Assembly: GCA_963843845.1 (NCBI GenBank)
Contig: CAWJMB010000002.1
Location: forward strand, 2,752,001 to 2,816,000
Direction: 5' to 3'
Length of the DNA stretch: 64,000 bases
From: an uncultured Gemmatimonadaceae bacterium
Lineage (GTDB): Bacteria; Gemmatimonadota; Gemmatimonadetes; Gemmatimonadales; Gemmatimonadaceae
The translations under genes and the position numbers were made by a program. Positions 25,285 to 35,968 of the stretch are shown piece after piece (position 1 is the stretch's first letter; each line of letters begins with the position of its first letter). Below the pieces are notes generated by a model that saw only the letters and a list, made by a program, of their open reading frames with translations, ran no database searches and was not told the origin of the DNA.

Positions 25285-25782
25285 TCACGGGCGGAGCCCG
25301 CGCGCGCGCCGATCCGCCTCACGTGTCTTCTCCTCGAGCTCGCGCATCTCGCGCTCCAGCGTGCGCTCCGCGGTCGCGCCCGCGCGGCGCTCGCGGCGCG
25401 CGAGCTCGCGCCCGACCACGACGCCGAGCCACGCCGAGAGGGCGCAGAGCACGAGCGCGGCGGCGACGAGCCGACCGCACGCGGACCGCAGCACCGCGCG
25501 GCGGACCGTGCGCTCGTGGAGCGTGACGGCCGCGACGAGCGGCCACACCTCCGGCGGCACCGGCTCGGTCGCGCGGAGATAGCTCCCGAGCGCGACGACG
25601 TGGCCGAGGGCGTCGCGCTCCGCGCGGCAGTGCGCGCAGACCTCGCAGTGCGCGAGCGCGCGGTCGCGCGCCTCCGCCGGCAGTCGTCCGTCGAGCAGGT
25701 CGCTCAGCACGTCCGGGGGCAGGTGGCCGGCGGCCGCGGGCTCTGCGTCCCCGCCGGGCGTCGTCGGGGGCTGCGCGTTCAT
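25285..25782 (-). CDS. Zinc-finger (zf-HC2) membrane anti-sigma factor
   Basis: HCEVCAHC motif plus a TM helix. Overlaps the sigma factor stop (ATGA). Confidence 0.8.
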   Translation of the reverse strand: MNAQPPTTPGGDAEPAAAGHLPPDVLSDLLDGRLPAEARDRALAHCEVCAHCRAERDALGHVVALGSYLRATEPVPPEVWPLVAAVTLHERTVRRAVLRSACGRLVAAALVLCALSAWLGVVVGRELARRERRAGATAERTLEREMRELEEKTREADRRARGLRP

Positions 25783-26318
25783 GGGAGTAGGATCCGGCGC
25801 AGGGCATGACGCGCCCGGTGGAGTTGGGCGCGCACGGTGCCCGCCGCGATGCCGAGTCGCTCCGCGATCTCCTCGGTGGTGAAGCCCTCCACGTCGTGCA
25901 GCAGGTAGATCGCGCGCGCCCGGTCCGGCAGGCGCGCGATCGCGGCGCCGAGGTCCATGCGGCGGACCGCCGGCGGCGTCGAGAGCGAGGGCGGGAGCGC
26001 GCGCGCCTCGGCGGCGCCGAGGTCCTCCGCGTACTCGAGGCGCGCCTCGCGCCGCCGGCGCGCGCGCGTGTCGTTGAAGACGGTGTTCGTCGCGACGCGC
26101 CAGACCCACGCCCCCGCGTCGTGGTCGCTCCGCAGCAGGTGCAGCTTGCGCCACACGCGCACGAACACGTCCTGCACGAGCTCCGCGGCGCGCAGGCGGT
26201 CGCCCGTCATGCGGAGGCAGAGCCCGTGCACCCGGTCGGCGTGCTCGCGGTAGAGCCGCTCGAGACGCTCGGCGTCGGCGGGCGCCGCGTCGAGCGGGGC
26301 GAGGCCGTCAGCGCCCAC
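25779..26318 (-). CDS. ECF RNA polymerase sigma factor
   Basis: AAELVQDVFVRVW (region 2) and LHDVEGFTTEEIAERLGIAAGTVRAQLHRAR (region 4). Confidence 0.92.
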   Translation of the reverse strand: MGADGLAPLDAAPADAERLERLYREHADRVHGLCLRMTGDRLRAAELVQDVFVRVWRKLHLLRSDHDAGAWVWRVATNTVFNDTRARRRREARLEYAEDLGAAEARALPPSLSTPPAVRRMDLGAAIARLPDRARAIYLLHDVEGFTTEEIAERLGIAAGTVRAQLHRARHALRRILLP

Positions 26319-27822
26319 GCCGGCGCGCTTCCGGCGACGCCGCGACGACGTCCCACAGCGCGTGCCACACCGGACCCGCCGAGCTTCCGTAGTTGGCCAG
26401 CACGACGGCGGTGTAGCCGGTCTCGGGGAACATGTCGAACTCGGTCTCGACGCCGGGGGCGCCGCCGCCGTGCCCCACCATCCGCCGGAGCGTGTCGACG
26501 GCGAAGCCGTAACCCCACGTCGGCGCGCCCAGCTCCGGCTTCGGCGTCAGAACGAGCCGGGTGGAGGCGGGTCCGAGCAGGCGGTGCTCGCGGAGCGCGC
26601 GCGCGAATCGCATCATGTCGTGGGCCGTCGTGACGCTGTTGCCGTCCGGCCCACTCCGGGTCCGCGGCGGGTCGACCGCCTGGCGGAGCGCCCAACCGCC
26701 GGCGGTCGCCTCGGCATCGTAACCTACCGCGATACCGGTCGCGATCCCGCGCGCGACCCCTGCGGCGACCGAGTCGAAGTCGACGAACGCGGAGTGCTGC
26801 ATCCCCGCCGGCGCGAAGACGTGGCGCCCGACGTAGCCGGCGTAGTCCTCCCCGCTCGCCGCCTCCACCACCTTGCCGAGGAGCACGTAGCCGACGTTGC
26901 TGTACATCCACGCCGTGCCCGGCTCGAAGAACGTCGGCGCCGAGTCGGCGCGGATGGCGGCGATCCGGTCGTCGACCGTTCGCAGCGCGGGCGCGCGTCG
27001 CCGGAGGCGGGGCGTGAGGTAGTCGCCGAGCCCCGAGGTGTGCGTCAGGAGGTGGCGGATGCGGACGTCGCGCGCCGCGGCCGGGTCGAGCAGGCCGGGG
27101 ACGTAGCGCGCCACCGGGTCGTCGAGCGACAGCCTGCCTCGCTCGGCGAGCTGCACGACCGCGACGGCCGTGAACATCTTGGTCATCGAGCCGATCCGGA
27201 AGCGCGTCGCGAGCGTGTTCGGCACGCCGCGCTCGCGGCTCGCCGGGCCGTACGCCCGCGCGAAGAGCACGCGGTCGCCGCGCGCGAGAAGCACCACGCC
27301 GGCGAACAGGTCGGCCGCGGCGAGCCGGCCGACCGCATCCCCGAGCTGCCGGGCCATCTCCGCGTGCGTGAGCCAGCGCGCGGGCGGGTCTCCCCCGCGG
27401 CGGTAGCCGGTCGTCGCGCGGAAGGCGGCGACGCGGTGCGGCGGGAGCGACTCGACCTCCACGGCGAGCGTCAGAGGCGTGTCGTGCACGCGCGCGCGGT
27501 ACCGCGCGGTGACGGCGAACGGCGACGCCGACCGGACCGTGTCGACGCGCAGTCCCTGCGTCGCGCGCCGCAGGTGGCTCAGCTGGTCCACGTACCACCC
27601 CGGCTCGCGCCGCAGCGTGCGCCGGTCGTAGGCCGAGTCGACGTACGCGGCCGCGGCGTCGCGGTCGTCGGCGGCGACGAGCGCGGCGAGCTCCGAGAGG
27701 CGCCGCGCGGCGGGCGCCGACGTCGGCGTCGGCGCCTGTCCCCGCGCCGGCGCGGCTGCGAGGGCGGCGAGCAGCGCGAGGGCCGGGCAGCGCGCCTGCA
27801 CGCAGCGCGTCCGCCGCGTCAT
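26308..27822 (-). CDS. Serine hydrolase, beta-lactamase class C-like
   Basis: FRIGSMTK (SxxK), LLTHTSG, YSN, GHGG. Confidence 0.88.
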   Translation of the reverse strand: MTRRTRCVQARCPALALLAALAAAPARGQAPTPTSAPAARRLSELAALVAADDRDAAAAYVDSAYDRRTLRREPGWYVDQLSHLRRATQGLRVDTVRSASPFAVTARYRARVHDTPLTLAVEVESLPPHRVAAFRATTGYRRGGDPPARWLTHAEMARQLGDAVGRLAAADLFAGVVLLARGDRVLFARAYGPASRERGVPNTLATRFRIGSMTKMFTAVAVVQLAERGRLSLDDPVARYVPGLLDPAAARDVRIRHLLTHTSGLGDYLTPRLRRRAPALRTVDDRIAAIRADSAPTFFEPGTAWMYSNVGYVLLGKVVEAASGEDYAGYVGRHVFAPAGMQHSAFVDFDSVAAGVARGIATGIAVGYDAEATAGGWALRQAVDPPRTRSGPDGNSVTTAHDMMRFARALREHRLLGPASTRLVLTPKPELGAPTWGYGFAVDTLRRMVGHGGGAPGVETEFDMFPETGYTAVVLANYGSSAGPVWHALWDVVAASPEARRRGR

Positions 27823-28340
27823 TCGCGCGTCCGGTCGGAATCGCGGCGCGCGGTGTCGCGGCGCGCGGTGTCGGCGCGCGCCGCGTCGCCGCGCTCGGCG
27901 CTGGCCGTCCAGACGCCACGCGCCTCGATCGCGCCACCGTCGCCGACGATGATGAGGCGTCCCTGGAAGCTCCCGACGCCGCTGGGCGTGCCCGTGAAGC
28001 GCATCGTTCCTTCGGCGGTCGCGACGCTGAAGGCGACCTCGCGATCGCTCGCGACCAGGTCGCGGATCTCGCCCGTCAGCTCCGGCTGCGGGGCGTCGGG
28101 CGTGATGCGCGCGCTCCCCATGCTGCCGGACGCGCCCGGGGCGAACGTGAGCCGCAGGCGCGCGGCGATCGGACCGGCCCGCAGCGTGCCGGCCCAGGTG
28201 CCGGTGGGGACCGGCGCCGCCGCGGGGGCGGCCGGGGCCGGCGAGCCGTGCGGTGGCGCGGTGGTCGGCTGGGCCGCGGCGGGAGCGCGCAGCGCGACGA
28301 GGAGCGCGAGCGGGAGCAGGGCAACGGCGGTAAGCGTCAT
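27819..28340 (-). CDS. Hypothetical secreted protein
   Basis: Signal peptide, GTWAGTL beta-rich domain, coupled to the hydrolase gene. Confidence 0.6.
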   Translation of the reverse strand: MTLTAVALLPLALLVALRAPAAAQPTTAPPHGSPAPAAPAAAPVPTGTWAGTLRAGPIAARLRLTFAPGASGSMGSARITPDAPQPELTGEIRDLVASDREVAFSVATAEGTMRFTGTPSGVGSFQGRLIIVGDGGAIEARGVWTASAERGDAARADTARRDTARRDSDRTRE

Positions 28341-28598
28341 GAGAGATCTCCGGTGCGGGCGGCGACTGCCGGTGGGCCATGGCGGCGGGACGGCCGTGCG
28401 GCCGTCTGCCAGGCTCCACACCGGACGGCGCCGTGGCGCTTACACGCCGTGTGACGCAGGCGCGAACGTCCGCGCGTCCTCGAACCGCCCGCAGCGGCGG
28501 CGTGCCGCCTGGGAAGGCGGCCGCCAGCGGCGGTCAGCGGCGCGTGGACCCGTTAGGCGGCGGCCGCGTCGCCCTCCTCACGATGTCCCCGGGTCCTG

Positions 28599-28835
28599 CT
28601 ACCACGATGCCGAGGCGCCGCGCTCGTCCGACAGGCGCGTGATGAGCGCGTCGCGGAGGACGCCCTCGCGGACCTCCTCCTGCAGCGGCGGGATCGCGTC
28701 GCTCCAGGCGCGCGGCTGCCGGGGGGAGGCGTCGGGGACGAACTCGCGGAGCGCCTCGCGGACCCGGCGCGGCTGGGCGTCGGAGAAGGCGGGGAGGTCG
28801 GATTCCCAGCCGTAGCGGGCGCGGGGTTCGGTCAA
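28599..28835 (-). pseudogene. Short 5' remnant resembling the N-terminus of DUF2075-type nuclease/helicase proteins
   Basis: TTG start, then RYGWESDLPAF...DASPRQPRAWSDAIPPLQEEV, followed by an abrupt end. Family similarity is from recall only. Confidence 0.35.
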
Positions 28836-28854
28836 GTCGCTCGCGGGTGCACCG

Positions 28855-29191
28855 TTAGGCGGCTTCGAGTGCACGCTCGAGTTCGACGACGAGCGGCGGC
28901 AGGTCGATGACGATCGGGTTCCAGGCGATGTCGAGATCGACGTCGAAGTAGCCGTGGGCGAGCCGGTTGCGCATCCCAACCATCGCCCGCCACGGAATCG
29001 CTGGCAGCGCCACGCGCGTCTCCGGCGAGACGCGCGGCCGCCTCGCCGACGATCTCGATCAGCCGGACGAGCCCGTGGGCGGCCAGCACGTCGGCGTCCA
29101 GCGCCCCACGGTCTCGCCCTCGCGCGTACCGCATCGCCGCGCTCCCCGCGTCGAGCATGTGCCGCAGGCGCACGCGGTCGTCAGACCGCAT
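28855..29191 (-). CDS. HEPN (DUF86/HepT-like) ribonuclease toxin, one frameshift
   Basis: RLRHMLD...IEIVGEAA, then in the shifted frame IPWRAMVGMRNRLAHGYFDVD (RX4H motif). Confidence 0.88.
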
Positions 29192-29477
29192 AGACCAGTC
29201 GGGCCGCGCGCAGGACCTCGTCCCGGAAGTAGCGACTCAGGTCGGCGGACGTTCGCAGGTCGACCGCGCGGCGGAGCAGCTCGCCGAGCTCCAGCTCCAT
29301 CGCCGCGAGCGCGAGCAGCCCGGCCCGCGCCTCGGGGAGGAACTCGACGAGTACATCGACATCGCTCTCCGGCCCGAAGTCGTCGCGCAGCACGGAGCCG
29401 AACAGCGCGAGCGACCGCACGCCATGCCGGCGGCAGAACTCGGCGACGCGCTCGCCCTGAACGGCGATGGGGAGCAT
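29181..29477 (-). CDS. MNT minimal nucleotidyltransferase antitoxin
   Basis: LFGSVLRDDFGPESDVDVLVEF (GS-X10-DXD), RAVDL. Overlaps the HEPN gene. Confidence 0.9.
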   Translation of the reverse strand: MLPIAVQGERVAEFCRRHGVRSLALFGSVLRDDFGPESDVDVLVEFLPEARAGLLALAAMELELGELLRRAVDLRTSADLSRYFRDEVLRAARLVYAV

Positions 29478-29654
29478 GCGGCGAATCAGAGCGCGCTCGT
29501 GTGCTTCTCCATGGTCGTTCGTACGTCCGCGCGCCTTCTTCCGGAACAACGCAGCCGTGGCGGCGAACCGGCTCTCGTAATACAACCGCCGCGAGTCGCC
29601 GGCCCTGGCGACGGCGTGGGTAGCGCCGCGTCGGAAACGGAATGTGGCCCGAAC

Positions 29655-30036
29655 TCAGGTCGCGGAACCCGCGGTCCCCAGCACGAGCGTGACGGCGAGT
29701 GCGAGCATGACGAGGGCAGGCACGTACTTCTTCAGCGGGTCGCGAACTTTCCGGTGCATGGCCAGCGCGCCCGACCATGAGCACGCCGACGACGACGGCG
29801 GCCGGGCGCACGAGGGCGGGATACCAGATCCCCGCGAGGAGCGCCAGCGCGGCCCCGACTTTCAGGCCGCCGACGACGGCGACGCTCCACGCGGGGAGCC
29901 CGTAGCCCGCGAACTCCTCACGCATCGACCGCGCGGTGCCCCCGCGGTAGGACGTCGCGCGATTCGACCGCAGCAGCCAGACGTTCAGGAGGCCGAGCGC
30001 GGCGGCGATCTGACACACGATCAGGATTGGACCCAT
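29655..30036 (-). CDS. DoxX-like small membrane protein (frameshifted)
   Basis: LLNVWLLR...MREEFAGYGLP...LKVGAALALLAGIW, then in the shifted frame AMHRKVRDPLKK. Confidence 0.75.
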
Positions 30037-30094
30037 GACTGGTGCTCGGGGCGTTGAGAGCGTATCCGCAGCGGAAGTCCTACAGGTCGAGGCG

Positions 30095-30706
30095 TGAATC
30101 GCCCCAGGTTTGAGGAGGCTCGGTCAATTGAGTGCGGCCGCCTCGGTCTGAGCGGTCTGACGGCGGTAGCACTGCTCCTCGAACTCGGCGGGCGGAACAT
30201 AGCCGAGCGGGGCGAGGAGACGCTGCTGGTCGAACCACGCGACCCACTCGCGCGTCGCGTGTTCGACGTCGTCGAAGCCGCGCCATGGTGCGCGTCGGCG
30301 GATCACCTCGGCCTTGTACAGGCCGATTACGCCCTCGGCCAGCGCGTTAAGCGCACGATACTCACAGTCGTAGCTGTCGCCGGTGCTGCCGACCGAGGGC
30401 GCGATACCCGCGTCGGCCAGCCGCTCGGTGTAGCGCATCGGCCCGGGTTGCACGCTCCGGTCGTTGTGACGGACGAGCCCCGCGTCGGTCTCACGGTCGT
30501 GCAGCGCCTGCTCCGGCGCGTCGAGCACGAGGTCCGTGCGCATCGTGGTGTGCGCCCGCCAGCCGCGATGGACGTGATCGCCGCCCACCGTGTCGCGTAC
30601 TCGCCCTGGTGCTTCCGGACGGGGCGCACGGCGCGCTCGCGGACCTCAGGCGAGAATGGCTTCGATGCTCCCATGCTCCCAACCTTTCAAGGGTGGGAGC
30701 CTCCTT
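30095..30706 (-). mobile_element. IS3-family remnant: internally deleted, right IR intact, left IR truncated
   Basis: IR TGAATCGCCCCAGGTTTGAGGAGGCT at 30095. OrfB C-terminus ([39 protein letters not shown]) is joined directly to the OrfA N-terminus ([17 protein letters not shown]). Only AGCCTCCT of the left IR remains. Confidence 0.85.
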
Positions 30707-30721
30707 TGGGATCTTTCGCGG

Positions 30722-30797
30722 GCTTTCGTAATTCGTGTCGCGTGCTTTCGTAACGTCCGCGCGGGGGCTCCGGAACTGCTCTCGTAATTCGGCTGCG
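30722..30797. repeat. Three direct repeats GCT(T/C)TCGTAA, candidate transposase-binding sites
   Basis: Copies start at 30722, 30744 (22-bp spacing) and 30778. Confidence 0.6.
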
Positions 30798-30988
30798 GCT
30801 CCTCTGCTTGGGCGTCCCACTGACGAACGTCGCGTCCCCGGTGCCTCCGCAATTGCCCCCCAGAGGGACCGAGACGACGTGCGGGCTCGTCTCCAGTGGG
30901 GGGCGGTCCCCGGCCTCCGTGGCCCGGCATCGGTCGGTTCGGCGTGGCTGCGTCTCCGCGAACGTGATGTAGATTCCCGCCTCACGAG

Positions 30989-32187
30989 ATGCCTCGCGAC
31001 TGACTCACTCCCAGAGACCGCTGCCTCCTCGTCCCCCTCGCCGCCGGCAGGCCGACTCCCCGGGCAGGCCGGGCGGCGCCGACACCACCGCGCCGCCCGC
31101 ATCGCCCACCCCGACCGGCCAGGCGTCCGGACCGGTCCGGGGCCCGCTGTCGAACCATGAGATCTTCGCGGGGCCGCCCGTCACGCCCCTGCAGCGCCTG
31201 ACGCTGTACGGCGACGACGAGCTTGAGGAGACGGTGCAGGAGTGGGTGGCAGTTCTCGCGGCCGTCGCGCTACGCGCGGGTGCAGCGCGCGCCCGGGGCG
31301 GGCGACATGGGTCGAGACGTCATCGGCTACCTCGCTGACGACGTGAGCACGAGCCCCGCCGACGTGTACCAGTGCAAGGCGTACGGCCACCGCCTGCGCC
31401 CGTCCGACGTCTGGGTGGAGTTCGGCAAGGTCTGCGTCTACTCGCACCGCGGCGAGTACCGCCTGCCGCGGAAGTTCCTCTTCGTTTCGACGCACGGCGT
31501 CGGGCCGAAGCTCCACCGCCTGCTCGAGAACCCGGAGGAGCTCAAGCGCGAACTGATCGAGCAGTGGCCGAAGGAGTGCGAGACGAAGATCTCCGAGCGA
31601 GCGGCCATCCCGCTGGACGGGGACCTCCGCGCGTACGTCGAGGGGTTTGACTTCTCGATCTTCGGGTACGTCGAGCCGCTGGAACTGATCGAAGGGCACC
31701 GTGACACCCCGTATCACGCGCGACGGTTCGGCGCGGTCTGCACGGCGCCGTCCAGCCCCCCCGGCGCCCCCCGAGGAGCCCACCGCGTCCGAAGCGCGCT
31801 ATCTCGCGCAGCTCCTCCACGCGTACGGCGACCACCTCGGACGTCCGTGTCCGGCGCCATCGGCGCTCGATGCCGAGCCGCAGCTTCGCGGCCACCTGGC
31901 CCGCCAGCGGGAGGCCTTCTATCGCGCAGAGTCGCTGCGCGAGTTCGAGCGCGACACCCTCGCCGATGACTCGGCGTTCGAGGCCGTGAAGGACAAGATC
32001 ACCGCGGCGTCATCGACGTTGCGAGGCGCCACACCCGTCTGGCTACCAGCGCGTCGTGGAGGTCACCCGCGAAGCCCACCGGCTGGAGCCTACGGACTAC
32101 GTGCTCGTTGGCGACATGCACGTGGAAGACCGCGTCGGCATCTGCCATCATCTCGCGAACGAGGACCGACTGACGTGGGTGCCGTGA
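30989..32187 (+). CDS. ABC three-component / Lamassu effector (LmuA-like): Mrr-like endonuclease + CTD; start approximate, frameshifted
   Basis: GAGDMGRDV...YQCKAY restriction-endonuclease motif and C-terminal GICHHLANEDRLTW. Confidence 0.8.
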
Positions 32188-32723
32188 CGGATCCCGATGG
32201 GGCAGAACGCCGTGGCGGCAGCTGACGGGCGCGTCATCGCGAGCCGCTCGCCTCTTCAGCACGCCGCTCGAGGTGGGGCTGCGCGCGGCCTTCCTGCTCG
32301 ATGCGCTCGCCGCCACACGGCCAACGTGCGTCGGCTCGTCATCCTCGACTACTTGCTGGTGCACTCCGGCGACGTGGAGGGGGGCCCCCCAGCCTACACC
32401 CGGCCACACCGCACCGCGCGGGCGAGATCCTCGTCAGGCGTGACCTCATGCGGCAGGGGCTGCTGCACTTCGTCGCGCGGGAGCTGGTCGCGCTGCACAT
32501 GGATCCCGACGGCGTGTGGTACGCGGCCACCGACTTCACGCCGCGGGTCCTCGCCTACATGGACGCGCCGTATGCAGGTCGGATTCGTGAGGCGGCCGCG
32601 TGGGTCGTCCGCCGCTTCGGCACGATGGCCGATGCGGAGCTCGAGCGCTACGTGGCCGCGCGGCTCGACCGGTGGGGCGGAGAGTTCAGCTCCGAGTCGC
32701 TCGTGCGGGAGGTGACTCCGTGA
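32184..32723 (+). CDS. ABC three-component middle component (LmuC-like)
   Basis: PLEVGLR, LDYLLVHSGD, PSLHP, EILVRR motifs across frames. GTGA overlaps on both sides. Confidence 0.8.
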
Positions 32724-34632
32724 GCGGGACCGCGACCCCTGGGTCCGAAGGAGGTGGCGCGTCAGCGGGCACCGCCGGCTTCTTCATCCGCCGCCTCGTC
32801 CTCATCGGCGCGCACGCCCCAACCGCCTCCCTCGAGTTCCGTCGGGGGCTGAACATCGTCACGGGCCCCTCGGATACTGGGAAGTCCTTCGCTCTCCAGT
32901 GTATCGACTTCGCGTTCGGGGCGTCGGACCGCCCGAAGGAGATTCCGCAGGCACGCACGCAGAGTGGGTGGCGCTCGAGATCGAGTCCTCCGAGGGAACG
33001 TGTTCACCATCGAGCGTTCCCTCAAGGAAGTCCCGTCCGCTGGTACGGCATGCCGTTCAGCGAGATCCGTCCGGAGTCCGAGTACGAGGAGCTCGCCCCC
33101 AAGCACAGTCCGAGCACCCGGAAGACGCTCTCGTACCGCCTGCTCGAGCTCTGCGCGCTGGCCGGACGCGTGGTGCGGAAGAACAAGAAGAACGTCACGC
33201 GCACGGTGAGCTTCCGGAACGTCGCGAAGCTCATCGTCGTCGATGAGGAGCGGGTGATATCGAGCAGGTCGCCCACGCTCGGTGACCACAAACGGACGAG
33301 ACTGCGGACAGGTCGCTCTTCACGCTCCTCCTGACGGGTGGCGACGAGGCCGGACTGGTCGCTGCGGTGAAGAACCAACCGCGAGCAGCGGCTCGAGGCC
33401 CAGCGGGACCTGCTGGACGCGATGCTCGGTCCTTCATCGAAGCCGGGCGAGCCCATGGCGCCGGACCGCGCGGAGCTGCGGCGGCAGCGTGAAACGCTGA
33501 GCCGCCGTGTCGACGAACTCACCGAAGCGATCACCGTAGGGACGCGTGACGCCGATGCGGTGGCTGCGGAGAGCGAGGCGGCGCACCGCGATGTCACAGC
33601 CGCGAGGTCGCGACTACTGGTCGTTGGGGAACTGCTCTCGCGCTTCGCCCTTCTGCGCCGCAGCTACGAGACGGATCTTGAACGTCTCGAGTTCGTCGCA
33701 GAGGGGCACCGCTACCTCGCGCCGCTGACGGTCGTCACGTGCCCCACGTGCAACCGCCCACTCGAAGATGACGGCGCGACGCAGCCTGTGCGCGCCTGGT
33801 ACCGCCGCGGCCGAGGACGTCCAGGCCGCGTGCGCACGGGAGGCCGCAAAGATCCGCACCCACCTACGCGACCTCGATGAGGCGGTCGCGGACTTGGAGC
33901 GGGAACGCGGTGGCCTGGCACGCTCGATCACGGAGGGAACGGCACGATACCGCGAAGCCAACCAGCAGGTGCAACGCGTGCTCCGGCCGCGCCTGGCCGA
34001 GGGGATCGCCGAACTCAGACGGTCGCAGCTCGCACGTGAGCGCGTACTCCACGATGAGGCCGACCTCGAGCACCGCGCGGCGCTTCTCGAACGACGCCAC
34101 GACATCGAACGCGCGCTGATCCAGCTCGCGACGGCGCTCGACGCATCCGCGCCCGCAGCGGACGCGCCCTACCAGGAGTTCGCCGCGACGATCGAGGAGC
34201 TGCTGGCGGAGTGGCGCTACCCGGAGAGCTCCCCGTCAGGTTCGACGAGAAGAAGATGGACATCATCGTGGCGGGACAGGCGCGTGGCACCCATGGGAAG
34301 GGTATCCGCGCCATCATGTACTCCGCCTTCGTGATCGGCCTGATGCGCTCTCAGGCGCGGGGGCTCCCGCACCCCGGCCTCGTCGTACTGGACTCCCCGC
34401 TGACCGCGTATCGCAAGCCCGGCGCGCGCGCGGCGGGCGACGAGGACACACGGCGGCCCCAGAGGATGTGCAGAACGCCTTCTTCGAGAGCCTCGCGTCC
34501 ACGGCGGCCGCCCGCAACGAGCAGGTCATCGTCTTCGAGAACAAGAAGCCGCCGGAGGGCGTGAAGGCGACCGCCCACTACATCCAGTTCACAGCGGTCC
34601 TCGGCGAAGAGCGTGCGGGGTTCATACCGTGA
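32720..34632 (+). CDS. SMC/Rad50-like ABC ATPase (LmuB-like), frameshifted
   Basis: GLNIVTGPSDTGKS Walker A, coiled coil with CPTC zinc hook, HGKG signature, VVLDSPL Walker B, QVIVFEN. Confidence 0.85.
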
Positions 34633-34668
34633 GTCGCACATCGCCCATGCCGACAGACGAGGCTCTAT

Positions 34669-35669
34669 TCACCATCGCGATACGTCACTTCTGTGGCTGA
34701 TCCCTACACCCGCCATCGCGGCCTTCCCCCCGCGACGTCGGCCAGCGTGGACGCCGGTCGACGTGCCTTGGTCCTCTCCCCAGAGTAGGTCAGGCGCTGC
34801 GCTAGTTTCGCAGGCGGTTCTGGCCAGGGAAGAAGCAGCCGCCGATGCCGCCATGCCCAACGTCCCCCGATTCACAGCACCGGAGACGACCTCCAGGTCG
34901 GCGCGCGCACCGTAGTGGTCGGACACGGTCCGTGGGAGCGGGTACTCGAGCGGCCACACGCCAATTCCCCGTGCCAGACACGCGGTCAGGCCTCGGCTCA
35001 CGAGGATGTGGTCGATGCTCGCCCCCAGCTTCGTCGCGCGAGCGGGTCGGACGCGCCGCCGGTGATGCGCAAGAGCTCCTGCCCAGGTGTGGCGAGGACC
35101 GCATCAAGGGCATACCGCCCGGCGCGGGTGCCCGCCCAGAGCCGGTGGCCCACCTCGAGATTGAAGTCGCCCGCGACGCAGAGGTCCGCGTCGGGATGCT
35201 CGTGACGGAGACGACCCCACTCCGCCACCTGCGCACCAAGCGCCGCGCAGAATGCGGCGCTGCCACGCACTGGAGCGCCGCGCGCATCGTCGCGCCACGG
35301 TAGCACCGTCCCGATCACCAGCAGCGGCCGAGCGCCGGGACGCTCGACGCGCGCGGCGCCATCCGCTCCGCTTCGGCGTCAACCGGCAGCGAGGTGGCCG
35401 GCCAGGCGGACCGCACCCAGATGGCCACCCAGCGTTCGCCTCCCGGTCGGTCCGGCGCGGATGACGACGTCGCTACCCGGGCATGCTCAGGGCCGGGTGC
35501 GACGTCGCGGTGCGTCTCCCGTGAGGATCCAGATGTCCGCGTCGATTCCGCGCATCTCCCGCTCCATGCGCGGGAGGCGGGCCCACGACCGAGGCGTGAC
35601 GCGCGCGAGGTTCCACGTGGCGACGCGAATCATCGTGCCATCCTCCGGCGCTGAACGTATGCCGCTCAT
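34669..35669 (-). CDS. Endonuclease/exonuclease/phosphatase (EEP) family protein, frameshifted
   Basis: IRVATWN, ADIWILT, VAGDFN, IDHILV and SDH motifs in order. Confidence 0.82.
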
Positions 35670-35968
35670 CGGCGCCCCTCCATGGAATCAGGCACCAGAA
35701 ACGCCATCGCAGCCCGCGGCGCTCTAGGGTAATGGTAGATGCCGCGCTCCTGGTAGCTCGCGCTCGCGACCACGTTGGGGAACTCTCGCTCGAAGTCGGC
35801 GCGACTCATTTCGAACGTTCCTTCCGGCGCGACCACGCGGAATCGCTGGTCTGGTGGCAACGCCTCGATGACGCTCCTTCGGAACAGTAGGCGCTTCGCC
35901 GCATACTCGGCGTCCGCGGAGCATCGGCCGGGCTGCAACCGGATCGGACCTCCCTCTAGGTGCGTCAT
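35666..35968 (-). CDS. Hypothetical protein (100 aa)
   Basis: Protein-like intact ORF, translationally coupled on both sides. Confidence 0.7.
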   Translation of the reverse strand: MTHLEGGPIRLQPGRCSADAEYAAKRLLFRRSVIEALPPDQRFRVVAPEGTFEMSRADFEREFPNVVASASYQERGIYHYPRAPRAAMAFLVPDSMEGRR

